DNA of 62,526 nucleotides, counting the filler, from Basidiobolus ranarum (lineage: Eukaryota): assembly GCA_040143965.1 (NCBI GenBank). It is 14 parts of 14 records of this genome, joined end to end, with 100 filler letters (N's around TTAATTAATTAA, not from the genome) between each part and the next. Parts side by side here need not be neighbours in the genome. Positions count along the whole stretch, not along the records: positions 17,950 to 22,328 come from JASJQH010001980.1; positions 22,429 to 26,802 come from JASJQH010001981.1; positions 26,903 to 31,272 come from JASJQH010001982.1; positions 31,373 to 35,740 come from JASJQH010001983.1; 10 more parts are not named here. The stretch is one strand, 5' to 3'. Shown here piece by piece: positions 20,844 through 35,180 of the stretch (its first letter is position 1; the number at the start of each line of letters is the position of its first letter). The notes under the pieces are model-generated. The model searched no databases. It saw nothing but the letters and a program-made list of their open reading frames with translations, and was not told the origin of the DNA. Both the position numbers and the translations under genes were made by a program.

Positions 20844-22428
20844 TATTTATCAACAGCGCATGTGAACAGGCTTGATCATTGCTTTGGGTCGCTTATGATC
20901 TAGGGCGTAGTATATATTTCATCCAAATAAACGTATAATACCTTCTATGAACGTTGAGATGTGTACGGTGAAGAGGCTGCATTGTAACATCAGAAATAAG
21001 AAATCACTTAGCATTGGCAACTAGCAATTCCAAAATTTTCAAATCAGATGGTTGACGACGTAGCATTTAGTTAACAGGCTGCACTTCCTATCGGAGATTA
21101 ACCATATGGATCTCCGTCATTAAACCAAAAGGGAAGGCTCTATATCTATAAACAAACTGGATCAAGTGGTTGACAGTGAAGTTGACGTGTAGACTCAACT
21201 CCCCTAATCATTTCACCAGACCATAAGTGTCATCCTCATTTATCACCACTTTAACATGGGACTGCTATGGAATTGCGATCGACATCTTATTCACACATTC
21301 AACAGCCCTCTTTTTTTCTAGAAAATTTCGGTCGTTCATTGGTTGCTTTCAGTTGTGCACATGTTACCATCAAATCACTAGCTAATAATGGCCTTTGTGA
21401 TGATTGCATATCAACGCGGACATTTCATGTGCGTTAGTTCACAATTTGACCATTTTGGTTAACTCCATGATATTGGTGAGACCTGCGCCAATCACTTAGG
21501 GTGTCCACAGCATACGGTTGCTGTGGCCATGGGTTGGTTATGATCTATGATTCACGGATGCCTTCCTCCTATGTAGACAATCAAATTACACAAAACAAGA
21601 AAGATTCTGGGTTATTTCGACCAGATTTAGTGACAAACGCATTTGCTCAATGATGGGAACATCCGAGATCAAAAGTAAACGTCTGACTGGATTGCTCGTC
21701 AGTTGTCTCGATTTTGCTCAACGTAATCTTCATTGCCCTTGCATATATTACTAGAATCTACAAAACTAGTAAATGACAATAATTGAGGCCAAATGACTAC
21801 AACTTGTTTCAGAATAAGTGTCTTGAGGAAAAGGTATCCCAGGTTGACTATATTTTAGGTCAGGGACCCCCCAAGTTGCATGGATGAAGGCATATCTGTA
21901 TCTGTACATATTCTACATCGTTACTGGCCAGATGATCCCAGGCTCATATGAATCCTGGATTTAGTTTATGGAGTATCATCATTATGATGTGACACCATAA
22001 ACAAGATGTGTGGGAATGTTTACCGTAGAAAGGATGGAAAGCTGCTGATTCGCCCGCAACCATCGAAGTAAACTGGCCCAAACCGTTATTATGCATACTT
22101 GAGGATTTCGGGTGATGGTCAGGCTTAGAAGATGCCACGTTTAAAGAACTCTTGAATCCAGTAAAATGTCTTAAGGAAAGTGTTACTATATCTATGTGTG
22201 TAATTGGCAGATTTCCATGCCTCAATATTTTGGATGAATACCTACACCTGAATCTACGCCAAGCAACATGGACTAAAACTGGATTGGCTTAGCAGCTCTG
22301 TGCTAGTGCTACACATGAGACACAAGTANNNNNNNNNNNNNNNNNNNNNNNNNNNNNNNNNNNNNNNNNNNNTTAATTAATTAANNNNNNNNNNNNNNNN
22401 NNNNNNNNNNNNNNNNNNNNNNNNNNNN

Positions 22429-23153
22429 AGCTAAAGAATTGTCTTCTTAGAAACATCTTGTTGGCAGCAGAACTTGTATGGTAGGTGTCTTCCAAGGCTT
22501 TCCATACCTTCTTGGCAGGTTTAGCTCTTGATCATTTAATTAGCAATTTGTGTTTAACGTTAAGACAAATTGTGTTAAAGGCACTTTGTTCTTTTTTAAC
22601 CTGGAGTAAAACTTTGGTTTCAGATAGTTTTGCATTGTTTTCTTCTTATACAAAAGTGTCCCAATGTCCTTTTTCTTGCAGCAGCATTTTCATTTTAATT
22701 TTCCAAACTTGATAATTAGTTCCATCCAGTTATCCAGAAAAAGGAAAAGTTCTATGATTTTGAGAAGTAGACAATACAGAGAGTGCAAGCTTGGGGCTCA
22801 TAACCTGTCAAAGTATTTGAGAGCCTGTTGGAAGTGGCTTGGAGAATTAGAGGAATTGGTGGTTTTCACCTATTGATTTATTGAGTAGAGAGTTGACATT
22901 TATAGTTTTGTCTAGATGTAAGGATACTTACATGCAGAATATGTTAAGGAAGGTTCTAGGAGCATGTGTGCAAAGTTTGGGGCTTCTAGCACAAGTTTGA
23001 AAAATCCATATATCTGAGAACTTCTAAGTTGGTAAAAATATTCTAAGTAAATTCCAATTGATAATAATTGATAATATCTTAGTGAGCTATAAGATAACTA
23101 AGTACTAAGTTATATATGACTATATAGGTGCTTAGGCAATGCTAATTTCAACA
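22429..23153 (-). mobile_element. Copia family A 5' end: LTR (22806-23153), PBS (22794-22805), degenerate gag
   Basis: 348-bp TG..CA LTR immediately followed on the minus strand by GGTTATGAGCCC and gag. Confidence 0.9.
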
Positions 23154-23189
23154 GTGACAGTTTTCCTATGATAACAATCCTCAAATTTC

Positions 23190-24930
23190 TGTTAGGGAGT
23201 ACTGGGCTCTGAATGAGAATCAAACTTGGATTTTAACCAGCTTACCTGATGGTAGAAAAACAATTGGCTGCCAATGGGTGTTTAAAGTTAAATACAACCA
23301 TGATGGCAATATAGAAAGGTACAAGGCTAGACTTGTAGCCAAAGGATATTCCCAAACACCAGTTATAGATTATACAGAAACTTTTGCTCCTGTAGCAAAG
23401 CTTATTTCAATTAGATTGATTTAAGCAATTTCCCCTAAATATCAGTTTATTAGAACATCATATGGATGTTAAAACTACTTTTTGAATAGTGATCTTGCTG
23501 AGGAGATCTATATGGACCAGCCAGATGGTTTTGTGGACCCAGAAAACCCAAAGAAGCTTGTGGACTCCAGAAAACACTTTATAGTTTAAAACAATCTCCA
23601 AGAGCTTGGAATAGTAAGATAGATGCTTTTTTGGATACACTCCAATTCCAAAAGAGTAATGGCAACTATAGAATCTACTTCAGGCCAGATAAGACAAACC
23701 CAGTCTTATAGCCATATATGCAGATGACCTTATTATGGCAATCAATGACTCACAGACTGTAAAGAGAACTAAATCTAGCTTATCTGTCAAATTCCACACG
23801 ACTGATCTTGGCAAACTGACATACTATCTTGGAATCCAAATTAAGATAATTGGAACTACCAAAGCAATAATTTTAAACCAGTCTAAGTATATCCTTGATA
23901 TAATTAAAAAGTTTAAAAAGGAAGAATTTAATCCAGTATATACCACAATGTAGACAAATCTTAATTGGATCAAAATTGGCTCAAATCAGATGTTCTTGGA
24001 TTCTCATGAAATCTAGTAATTATGTTACCAATCTATGACTGGTAGTCAGATATATATCATAATTGGAACATGGCCAGATATTGCATATTCTGTGGGTGTA
24101 ATGTGCCAACATCTTCTAAATTTTGGATCCAATTGAATCCTAGCAGTTAGGTGGATTTTCAGACATTTGAAAGGTACTGTGGATCTATGCTTAAAATACA
24201 TATATTCTGGATAAAGCATTGATCTGATGGGATAATCAGGTGCAAATTGGGGAAGAGATATTGAGACAGGAGATATATATCAGCATAACTACATCTTTGC
24301 TGTAATAGAGCTATTTCATGGAATTCATAGAATCAACCTACCTGAGCACTTTCAACAATAGAAGCAGAATATATGGCTGCTTGTGAAGCAATAATAGAAG
24401 CAATGTGATTTGGAAAACTCTTAACAGATTTGGGCTATTTGGAAAATTTACCAAGTACAATATTTCAAGACAATCAAAGTTGTAACAAGTTAGGTACAAA
24501 TCCGACATTTCAAATAGAGGCAAATATATTGATATTAGACATCATTTATTAGGGAGACTATAATGAATATGCTTAGTGACTTAACTAATTGTTACATAAT
24601 TTTATTGACTGAACTTATTATTCTAGAGAAGACATGATTGCTGATATACTAACCAAACCATTAGCTTGACAGAAATTTGAAAAATTTAGACCTTCATTTA
24701 GATTAGTTTATATGACTATTTAGTTTAGGGAGAGTGTAGCAGTTAGCATTGCCTAAGTGTTTATATAGTCATATATAGCTTAGTATTTAGTTATCTTATA
24801 TTTCACTATAATATTATCCATTATTCACAATTGGAGTTTACTTATAATATTTTTACCAACTTAGAAGTTTCCAGATATATAGATTTTTCAAACTTGTGCT
24901 AGAAGTCCCAAACTTTGCACACATGTACAT
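23190..24930 (+). mobile_element. Copia family A degenerate RT/RNase H, PPT and truncated 3' LTR (from 24735)
   Basis: [39 protein letters not shown]; purine tract AGGGAGAG before TG. Many stop codons. Confidence 0.92.
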
Positions 24931-25020
24931 TGTTAAAAGTATTGACTTTCTCTTCAGAAGCTCCAGTTAAATTGTCTTGAATTGTTCCCATTCCAATGGC
25001 ATCCAATATGTGGTCATCTC

Positions 25021-25369
25021 TGTTCAAATTAGTATTGCCTAAGCACCTACATAGTCATATATAGCTTGGTACTTAGTTATGTGTTATTACACTATGATAT
25101 TACCTATTATTCTCAATTGAAACTTACTAAGAATACTTTTACCAACTTAGATGTTCTCAGATATATAGATTTTTTCAAACTGGTGCTAGAAGCCTAAAAC
25201 TTTGCACACATGTTCCTGGGACCTTCCTTAACACTTTTTACATGTTGGCTTGCTTCCATCTTGACAAAAGTATAAATATCAACTTTCTACTCAATAAATC
25301 AATAAGTGAAAACCGCCAATTTCTCTAATTCTCCAAACCACTTCCAATAGGCTCCCAAATACTTTAACA
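25021..25369 (+). mobile_element. LTR, copia family A
   Basis: 349 bp, TG...CA, homologous to 34833-35180. Confidence 0.85.
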
Positions 25370-26902
25370 AAATTAACATATCTGTGGAAGTAGGATGAAC
25401 CATATTTGGAGCAACCTGTAAGGGTTTGAAATTTCCAGTAAGACATGGCTAATTCTCAGAAGATTCATATGTTTACATATGAAATGTTCCATTATGTAGC
25501 TTAGTGATATTTGACTAAGCAATGTTAGCAGACTTGTGATATATCAAAAAGTTGGGTATATAAAGGTAGAGATAGCAAATATGATAATAGTACTCAACTT
25601 CAACAAAATCGGCATTTAAAATTCAGTAGTTCTCACAGCAGAGACTACTTCGATGTTCTGAACTACATGCAACTGCATAATAGTTTCATGTTTCCACCAG
25701 CTACAAGTTTGATTATCAGGTTTATCATGTGCGCAGGAATAGAGACAGCCAAATGGGCTTCTACAGCGATTTAAAACTAAAACGTAATGCTCACAAACAT
25801 TGGAGGTAGTTTAAGATTTATGGAAAGAGTGTTAATAAGTAAAATTGTTCTATGTTTTAATAGCATCTATTAGCTCAGTTCTAATACATAATCATACTTG
25901 TGAGGTAATATTAAAGGCAACTGAGGATATGATGCTTCGAATATTTGATGTATGAAATGAGCCATACTGAGGCTAATTTGGACGACTTAAAATTGCAAGT
26001 TCAACTTAGTCAATCCAGGCATAATTCATATATATCTTGGATGTATGTTTCGATTTTGAATTCAACGATAATTGACTAAATGATATTAACATACATGTAG
26101 GTAAAACATGAAATGAATAGGTATATATAAACATACCAAAGTAATTATAATATTAACAATAAGCTTAGAGTACAGTATTTGATAGTAACAATATCTAGCT
26201 AGTGTTGTGTCTAAAGGGAAAACAGGTATGCAATATATAGATCTGAAGATAAATCTGTAGTTGATAATAAACTTACGACTAAGAGATATGTGATCAATTA
26301 GGAAAGGATGTGGAAATATTAGAATATGGATTCTAAACAGCTATATGGTATATTTGGAATATCCATCGAATCCTGGTATGGATTCTTAAGGATCTTGGAT
26401 ATATCTCCAGTATTCAAGGAAAAGGCAATATTGGTGCATGGCTAATTTTTCTCAAACCGTTTTGCCACTTTTTTGTAGATATTTTTTTTGTTTCTAACAT
26501 TGGCGTAAATACCGATTTTCAACTCAATGCACAATAATCGAAAGCAACACATTGCTTCTAACCGTTGTTAGTGCTTTCAATTCCAAATACTCCCACGAAA
26601 TATGACAAGCAGGATGTTAATGAATGCTAGAAGTATATTTGATTTTGTATATAGAAGTACTTGCTGATTGCCCTCTAGTATTATACTTGCTGATATACTA
26701 ATCAACTATTAACTCTAGTCTCTGCAAAGAGACTGTGATGGAACACGTTGCAAAGTCCTTGTGTATGCTAGGCAGGGAGAATGAAGATGCTAGCACAGTC
26801 CGNNNNNNNNNNNNNNNNNNNNNNNNNNNNNNNNNNNNNNNNNNNNTTAATTAATTAANNNNNNNNNNNNNNNNNNNNNNNNNNNNNNNNNNNNNNNNNN
26901 NN

Positions 26903-27492
26903 TTTAACATAATCAATGTTGTATTGCATTAGCTAAAAACCCTATATTTCATGCTAGAACAAAGCATGTAGATATTATGCATCATTTTGTTAGAGAAACA
27001 CTGGATAATGATATCATCAAACCGGGCTATTGCCCTTTTGAGGGAATGATTCATGACACTTTAACCCAACCTTTAGCTGAAGCACAATTTGATTTATTAA
27101 GCTATTGGTTAGGCTTGAGAGAAATACAAATAATTTGTTAAGTCTGAGTGTTAAAAAGAGGTAAATAGCAACTCATGATTTAGTAGTAAGTTTATACATA
27201 TTTTGTTTATTGAGCACTCAATTCTGCCACTCAAAATGTGTGTCTATTGCTCCAATTGACAGAAACATCAATTGGATTGCTTTTATCAATTTTCACTATT
27301 TTCTCAAACCTTCTCCAAACCATCTCAAATATTCCCTGGTGAATTATAGGCACATTTTTTATGATCTTAGCATATTCAATAGTTCTATTTTGTAGCAAGA
27401 TATAAGTAGGATATATTCAATTCAATAAACCTGGATTGTGTAGCTCAAACACCCAAATCTTGTCCACCATACTTTCAAGTCTCCTGAACACT
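26903..27492 (+). mobile_element. Copia family B RNase H end plus 3' LTR (from 27149)
   Basis: KNPIFHARTKHVD...HFVRE...DTLTQPL followed by an LTR homologous (reverse complement) to 30446-30796 and 61157-61520. Confidence 0.82.
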
Positions 27493-28599
27493 ATGATTAC
27501 TATATATGTTTATGTTGTGGCATGAGAAGCAACTTGTTGTAGAAAAAAGAACAAACACTTTACCAGGGTGGTATTTTAGTTATACCTAATCCATATTAGC
27601 AGCTTATTCAAAACCAGCATCATGGATGAGTCATTAATGGAGTTACAAAATATCTGTGTTAGTTGCTGGCAATTCTGGCTGGCTATAGGTTGTGTCTAAA
27701 TAGCTTCATTACACCCAGTTAACATCTCATCATTAGAACACAATTGATAAATGTCCCAATCTAAATCAAAATTGGCTTCCTAGCAAAAGGCCTACTAGTA
27801 GGAACAGAAAAGAACTAGCAACAATGGAAGACTTTATTAATGAGCAGTCTCAAAATCCACTATCCACTTTTGAAGGCATTGACATGCTGAGAACTAACAA
27901 AAGTAGCAATCAGGTATTACTCAATTAACCAGATGTAATCTTTTCAAGCAATAGTGCAGGTGATCAAATTCCAGTCCTGGTACTCTGCATCAAACTAATA
28001 GTTGAGTAAAGTATAATAGAAAACTTCAAGACCATCATCTTTGAAAATGATAACTTCACCAACTATCAAACATCCTGCCATATATAACATAGGTAAAAAC
28101 ATTACAACAAGGGAATCTCAGGCAGAATACAGTAAAGAGTAGCTAAAGAGCATATGTAAAAACTACAGAGTTGATATATAGGCCATCACAACCAATATCA
28201 CATTTAACGTAATGTTCTGAAGCAACTAGTCATCAGTTACAGAACTGCTCAACAATGATCCTTAACCAAAGTTTGAGGATGGTAATTGTAAAAGAACCAT
28301 CAGAGCTTTATTTTTTTTTGGGTTGATGTTAACTGACAATCATACCATTGTCAAGTTGTATTTGATTTCAATTAATTTTTTCAATTTCAGAAACAAAATT
28401 TAAAGATCTTGCAAAATGGAAAGATAAAAGTGGCAGCAATATTGAAAACCATGGATCAACACATATGTGCAAAACATAACCCAAATATTCCAAATTCACC
28501 AATTGCATTCTAATGTTTCACCTGTGAAATCTTTAGTTTCTCAGATATATTCTTCTCAATACTGTTATAAGGTACTTTATATCCATAGTTTAGCACATA

Positions 28600-30850
28600 T
28601 CTAATAAAAGTGATCAGGTGCTTTGGAGTGTTTTGGATAAGATTAAAATTTGAAATTAGACACTTAAATCATATTGAATTGAATATGTTCTATTTATAGT
28701 TTAAGATGTGAAAGAGCTATTGCACATCCTCAGATCATAACAAACATGCCTGTAAAGCTTGGGTAAAAATTTGAGGCAATTTGGAGAAGTTTTGAGTAAA
28801 TAGTGAAAATTGGTAAAAGTGATCTAGTGGATGCTGACATCAATAAAGGCAATTAGCACAAACTTGAATGGCAGAATTGAGTGCCAAATATTCAGAATAT
28901 GAATAAAATAACTACTAAATAATGAGTTGCTATTCACCAAGCTTCTACATTCCCATGCCACTAATTAATAGGTATTACTCTCAAACCTAGTTTAGAACTT
29001 GATAATTCACATTATGTTTGGCATAAGGTTTGTTTAAGATGCCTGCAATCATTCCTTCACTTTGGCAATAGACAAGTTCAATTATATCATTCTCTATTGA
29101 TTCTCTAACAAAATGATGCCTGCTATGTATATGTTTTATTCCAGCATAGAATTTAGGGTTTTTAGCTAATAATAGGAAACTTTGATTATCTTCAAATACA
29201 GTAACAGCATGCTTTTGAATGCATCCTCAGTCTGTGAATTGCATCCTTGACCATAATTCTTCTTCTGAAGTAGCATAGATAATAAAAGTCTCTAGGAGAT
29301 TTGGAAGTGTTTTGGACCAGATTTGTAGATATATATTAGGCACTTTACTTTTATGGAATTGCAGATGTCCTATTGAAAATTAACTTTTAATAAGTTTTGA
29401 AAATTAGCAAAGAAGTAGGATTATTGGACATGCTACAATTATAACAAACATGCCGGTAAAGTATGGGTGAAAATATGAGGTAATTTCCAGAAGTTTTGAG
29501 AAAATAGTGAAGATTACTAAAAGAGATATAATTGTTCTTCTATCAATTGGAGCAATAAACACTTTTTTGTGAGTGGCAGAATTGAGTGCTAAATAATCAG
29601 AACATGAATAAACTAACTACCAAATAATGAGTTGCTATTTACCTAATTTCAGCAAGAGGCAGCAATCCAGTCTGCTTCTGTAGTGGCAAGTCCTATGGTT
29701 GGTTGCCTCCTACTATTTCAAGTTATGGCTCCAATACCATGGAGAAAAGTGTACCCAGATGTTGATTGTCTATCATTGAGGTCACTTCCCCAGTCTGCAT
29801 TTTTGTAGCTCAAAATTGCATGCATCAGGTGTGCTAGAGTATTCCCAAACTAGATCTACAGTTCCTCTCAAATATCTCAATATTCATTTTACTGTTGTTC
29901 TGTAGTCAAATCCTGGTTTTTGAGATATTTACTGATAGTTCCTACTGCCACAGCAATGCTTGAAACATATTGCAATTATTGGACACAGTAAACTGCCCAT
30001 CATGGGTTGACCAGGGAGCTCCTGGCTTTGATTTAAGTCATAATAAAACAAATTGGATGAAATACAATCAATTACACATTGTGGTCAATAATTTTTCATA
30101 CAAGCTTGCTATTCTCCATATTCAAGTTCTTTAGGATGTCTGGGATAAATCCAGACTGATTCAGCATCATATTCTACTTGGGTTTATCACTCTTGATTTG
30201 CATTCTCAGGATCTAACTTAATTCACCCATATCAGTTGTCTGAAATTAGTTGTAAACTGCTTTTTGTTTGATCAAGTGCCATTGGTTCATTTGTAACTAT
30301 GATCAAGTCTTTTAAATATAGTGCTAACATAAGAAATCTATTTGCAATAGTTTTGATGTAAATACTGTGATCTGCTGTGTATTTTTGGAAATCCAGTATT
30401 CCCAATAGGTATTTATCTTGTTGTTTCATAGCCTGGGGCTTGCTTTGATAAAAGTGTTTAGGAGACTTGGAAGTGTTTTGGACAAGATTTGGATTTGTAA
30501 ATAAGACACTTGTGTTTTATTGAATTGAATATGTCCTAGTTAGAGTTTACTATGAAATAGAACAATTGGACATGCTTGGATCATAAAAAATATGCTTGTT
30601 TAGCATAGGTGAAAGTTTGAGGAGATTTTGAGAAGTTTTGGGGGAATAGTGAAAACTGGTAAAAGTGCTCTAATTGATATTTCTATCAATTAAAGCTATA
30701 AACACATTTTTTGAATGACAGAATTGAGTACAAAATAATCACTATATGAATAAACTAACTACTACATAATGAGTTGCTGTTTACCTAATTTCAATATTCC
30801 CACTCAACTAATTAATTTGTATTTCTCTTAAACCTAACTTTTATCTTAAT
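28600..30850 (-). mobile_element. Copia family B degenerate RT/RNase H with nested family-B LTRs (about 28603-28950, 29280-29654, 30446-30796)
   Basis: Minus-strand ADWGSDLNDRQSTSGY, ATTEADWIAAS | LTR | YATSEEELW, NPKFYAG, QASLTNL. Three similar AT-rich LTR copies. Confidence 0.82.
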
Positions 30851-32079
30851 AATTCAAAAGACTTGTTCTATTTTATTGAGACCAATCAGGCCAGCTAAAA
30901 AGTGTGCCAGCACAAAATGACATGATTGAGCACTAACATGCACAATGTTATTTACCATTTTGGAAACAGTTTGTTTTATTTAAGTGGCATATTTAGGAAA
31001 AGTACTTTTAGACATTATTGCACATTTAAAAGATGATGAAAGTTTTATTCATAGTGTCTTAAGTCTAGAGCTCTCAACAGATATCTTTGAGTATGGATGT
31101 ATTCAGAATTAATTGAGATTTTGACTACTTTGCCTAACTTTGATTGAGGCCCACAAAATGATTTTCCTCTATACTTTCTTGCTTCAATGTTATATCGCTT
31201 TAGGAAACCAAAGCTATTTTCTACTCTTGCTCTAAAATGGGGAAAATGTCATTGTAAAGCTTTTGCCTCTCTNNNNNNNNNNNNNNNNNNNNNNNNNNNN
31301 NNNNNNNNNNNNNNNNTTAATTAATTAANNNNNNNNNNNNNNNNNNNNNNNNNNNNNNNNNNNNNNNNNNNNTGTAAGTTCTAGGATAGCTGCAAGACAG
31401 ACTTCTTGGTGAGATAGATCAATATATGCAGTATTATTGTTTTAGCCATGGGGTAATCTATTCCAGCAATAACACATTGACTTGTGGCAGGACATTTGTT
31501 GACTGCATGTTGGGAATATTTTGGCTGAAGTCTTTATGGAAATTTGCCAAAATCCAGGAGCTTATTATCATTGTAAATGATAACAAGAGTCAGCTATTTG
31601 CCAAGTGTCAGTGCCATTGAAAATTTCAGCTTTTTAGCAATTTTTCCCCCATTAGTTTGCTGGTAAGAATATTTACATTATTGAGTTATGTCCAATCAGT
31701 CAAGTATATTCATATGTAGAGACTAAACATAGTGTGATTCATGTATTTTTTGATTCTCATTATGGCTGGAATACAAATGCTAAGATATCTAAATAATGGC
31801 ATGCATATTAATTCAAATTTTGAGCACAGAAAACCCAGTAATTTGCCATTCAAAAATGAGTTTTTGCAAAAATTATTGGCAATCAAAGAACACATGCCAA
31901 ATATGAGGATCAATAATTTACTATGTATTAATACTGTCAGAATTGCATCAAGAAGCTGCCATCTCACTATCAAAATCCCTGGCAGAGTGCAAGCCACCAA
32001 TTTTGTGATGGTTCTATAATGGCTTTGCAATCCAGAGGGATGGATCCAATCCATATCTAATTGATTTTATTTTTGTTAT

Positions 32080-34832
32080 GGTACAGATCAAGATGGAAAT
32101 TATTAAGCTTTGGGAAAAATGGATCAGAATTTATACAAATTTGCATGTAATCCAAGAGATTTATGTGTTAATGTAACTTATTTCAATCCACAAGTTATTC
32201 AACTATTGCAAAAGAGATTTGGCCATATTGGATTTAAATATATAAGCAAAATGTTCAAAAATCAGCAAATTGATGTAATTAAAATTAATCCCCCCCAACC
32301 AATATAGAAATTTGTCAGGATTGTAAATATGGAAAGCAAGCCAGGCAACTGTTCAAGAGCTATGGTTTAATAAAATCTGTCAAAAATACTGATCTAATTC
32401 ATTCAGATTTGTGTGGACCTATGCAAAATTTATCTTATGCAGAAAAAAATATTTTATCACATATATTGATGATTATGCAAGCTACACTTGGGTCTACTTT
32501 ATGGAAAGAAAAGAAGAAGCTCTCTCTATCTTTAGGGACTTTAGAATGCTTGTGGAGACTGGAATTGGAACTAAAATCAAGAAAATATATGCTGATAATG
32601 ATGGAGAATATACATCAACACTGTTCAAGCGCTTTTGAAAAGTACATAGAATCAAGTAAAAAGCCACTACCTCCTTGAAATCATGACTTTAGATGGAATC
32701 TGTTGCTACAGCTGTATATCTAAAAAACAGGAGTTTTGCTAGAAGTTGGTCTAACTCTACACCTTATCAAGCTTGGTTTGAAGTTAAATGCCATGTAAAA
32801 TATTTGAGGATCTTTGGATGCATTGCTTATGTCAAATGTTTGACTAAAATTGTTTTAAATTTGATCCAACAAGCAAGAAATGCATATTTCTGGGTTATTG
32901 TATCAAGACTAAGGCCTTGAGACTCTATGATACCAAAATTGCAAAGTCAATTGAGTCCAGGTATGTATTGATTAATCAAAATAAAAAATATTCCCCCAAA
33001 ATGACCTCAGATGATGACAAAAATCATTTTTCACCTGATCCAATCATTTGCATTGATTCAAACCAAAATATTTAAGAAAACAGACTTTGTGTGGACCCTT
33101 CAAGCAAGATTTTGCCTACTGAAGTGACCAATAAAACACCAGAAGTCATAGTACCTTTATCTCAAGCCAGGAGATCAAATTGGTTCAGAAATAGTGCTGA
33201 TTACTAAATGAATGAGTCCCAAAATTGGGCCTATGCCTACACAGCTCAAATACATGAACTCCAGACTGTAAGAGAAGCCCTGAATGGCCCTTGCATGAAA
33301 TTTTGGAGATCTGCAATAGTCAATAAGTACCAGGCTATGATTAATAATCAAGCTTGGATTTTAACCAACTTGCCTGAAGATAAATAATCAATTTGCTGCC
33401 AATGGGTGTTTAGAGTTAAATACAACTCTGATGGCAATGTAGAAAGGTACAAGGCTAGACTAGCAGCCAAAGGCTACTCCAAAGCACCAGGAATAAATTA
33501 TACAGAAACTTTTGCTCCTGTAGCAAAGTTTAATTCAAGTTGTTTAATTTTAGCAGTTTCAGCTAAATATCAGATTATTACACATCAAATGGATGTTAAC
33601 ACTACTTTTTTGAATGGTGGGTTTGCTGAGTAGATCTATGTGAACCAGCCAGATGAAAATCTGGACCCAGAAAACCCTGAAAAAGTTGCTCACTCTGGAA
33701 AACACTCTGTGGCTTAAAACTATCTCCAAGAGCATTGAGTAGCAAGGTAGATGCTTTTTTGGAAAGATTTAAATTCTAAAAGAATAATATTTACTATAGA
33801 ATCTACTTCAGGCTGGATAAGACAAGCCTGGTTTTATTAGCCTTATATGTATATGACCTTATTATAGCAACAAATGACTTGAAAACTATGCAGTGAAACA
33901 CATCCAGCTTATCTGCCAAATTCAAAATGACTGATCTTGGTGAACTGACATGCTATCTTACAGTCCAAACTATGATAGATAGAGCTATCAGAACATTAAC
34001 TTTGAACCAATCTAAGTATATCCCTGATATATTAAAGAAGTTTAAAACAAAAGAATGCAATCCAGTATTTATCCCAATGAAGACAAATCTTAACTTGACC
34101 AAAAATGGCTCAAATCAGATGTTCTTGGATTCAAATGAAGGCTATAAATTTTCTTATCAATCTATGGTTGGTTGTTGCATATGTAGCATGGTTGGAACAC
34201 AGCCATATATTGCATATTCTGCTGGTGTTATTTACCAATATCTTCAAAACTATGGATCTGATCAACTCATAGCAGTTAAGTGGACTTTCAGATATTTGAA
34301 AGGCATTATGGATATGTGTTTAAAATATACATATTCTGGATCAAACTTTAATCTGATGGGATATTCAGATTCAAATTGGGGAAGAAATATCAAAGACACT
34401 AGATCTACAACAGGATACTATGTCTTTGCTGCAATAGAGCTATTTCTTGGAATTCAAAGAAACAATCTACTGTAACACTTTCAACAAAAGAAGCAGAATG
34501 CATAACTGCCGGTGTAGCATCAAAAGAAGCAATATGGTTAAGAAAACTTTTAACAGACATAGGTGATTCTTAAACTTGCTAACTATATTATTTCAACACA
34601 ATCAAAGTAGTATCAACTTAACTAAAAATCCCACATTTCATAAAAGAAGAAAAATGTAGCTATTAGACATCACTTCATTAATGAGACTATAAAGGATAAG
34701 TTTATTGACTGAACTTATTGTTCTACAGATACATGATTGCTGATATATTAACCAAACCATTAGCTAGACAGAGATTTGAGAAATTTAGTCCTTTTCAAGA
34801 TTAGTATATATGACTATTTAGTTGCAAGAGAG
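32080..34832 (+). mobile_element. Copia family A degenerate pol (integrase, RT, RNase H)
   Basis: KRFGHIG..C..C, LIHSDLCGPM, YIDDYASYTWVYF, DNDGEY, YKARLAAKGYS, QMDV, GYSDSNWG, ADILTKPL in copia order (IN before RT). Disrupted by stops and frameshifts. Confidence 0.95.
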
Positions 34833-35180
34833 TGTAGAATTGGCATTGCCTAAACACCTGTATAGTTGTATATAACTTAGTATTTAGTTATCCTTTAATT
34901 CACTAAAATATTATCCAGTATTCTCAATTGGAATTTACTTGGAATATTTTTTACCTATTTAGAAATTCTCAGATATCAAGATTTTTCAAACTTGTGCCAA
35001 AAGCCCCAAACTTTGCACACATGCTCCTGGAACCTTCCTTAACACATTTTACATGTTAACTTGTTTACCTCTTGACAAAACTATCAATGTCAACTTTCTA
35101 CTCAATCAATCAAAAAGTGAAAACCACTAATTCCTCTACTTCTCCAAACAACTTCCAACAGGCTCCAAAATACTTTAACA
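34833..35180 (+). mobile_element. Copia family A LTR shared by two tandem elements
   Basis: 348 bp TG..CA, preceded by RNase H and PPT (AAGAGAG) and followed directly by PBS GGTTATGAGCCC (35181-35192) and gag. Confidence 0.9.

Noticed and set aside
31373-32060. Possible decayed Tc1/mariner transposase (VQAT..GSIM..SRGMDP-like remnant)
   Set aside because: Resemblance is limited to a few residues across frameshifts, with no TIR or DDE triad visible; needs a profile search.
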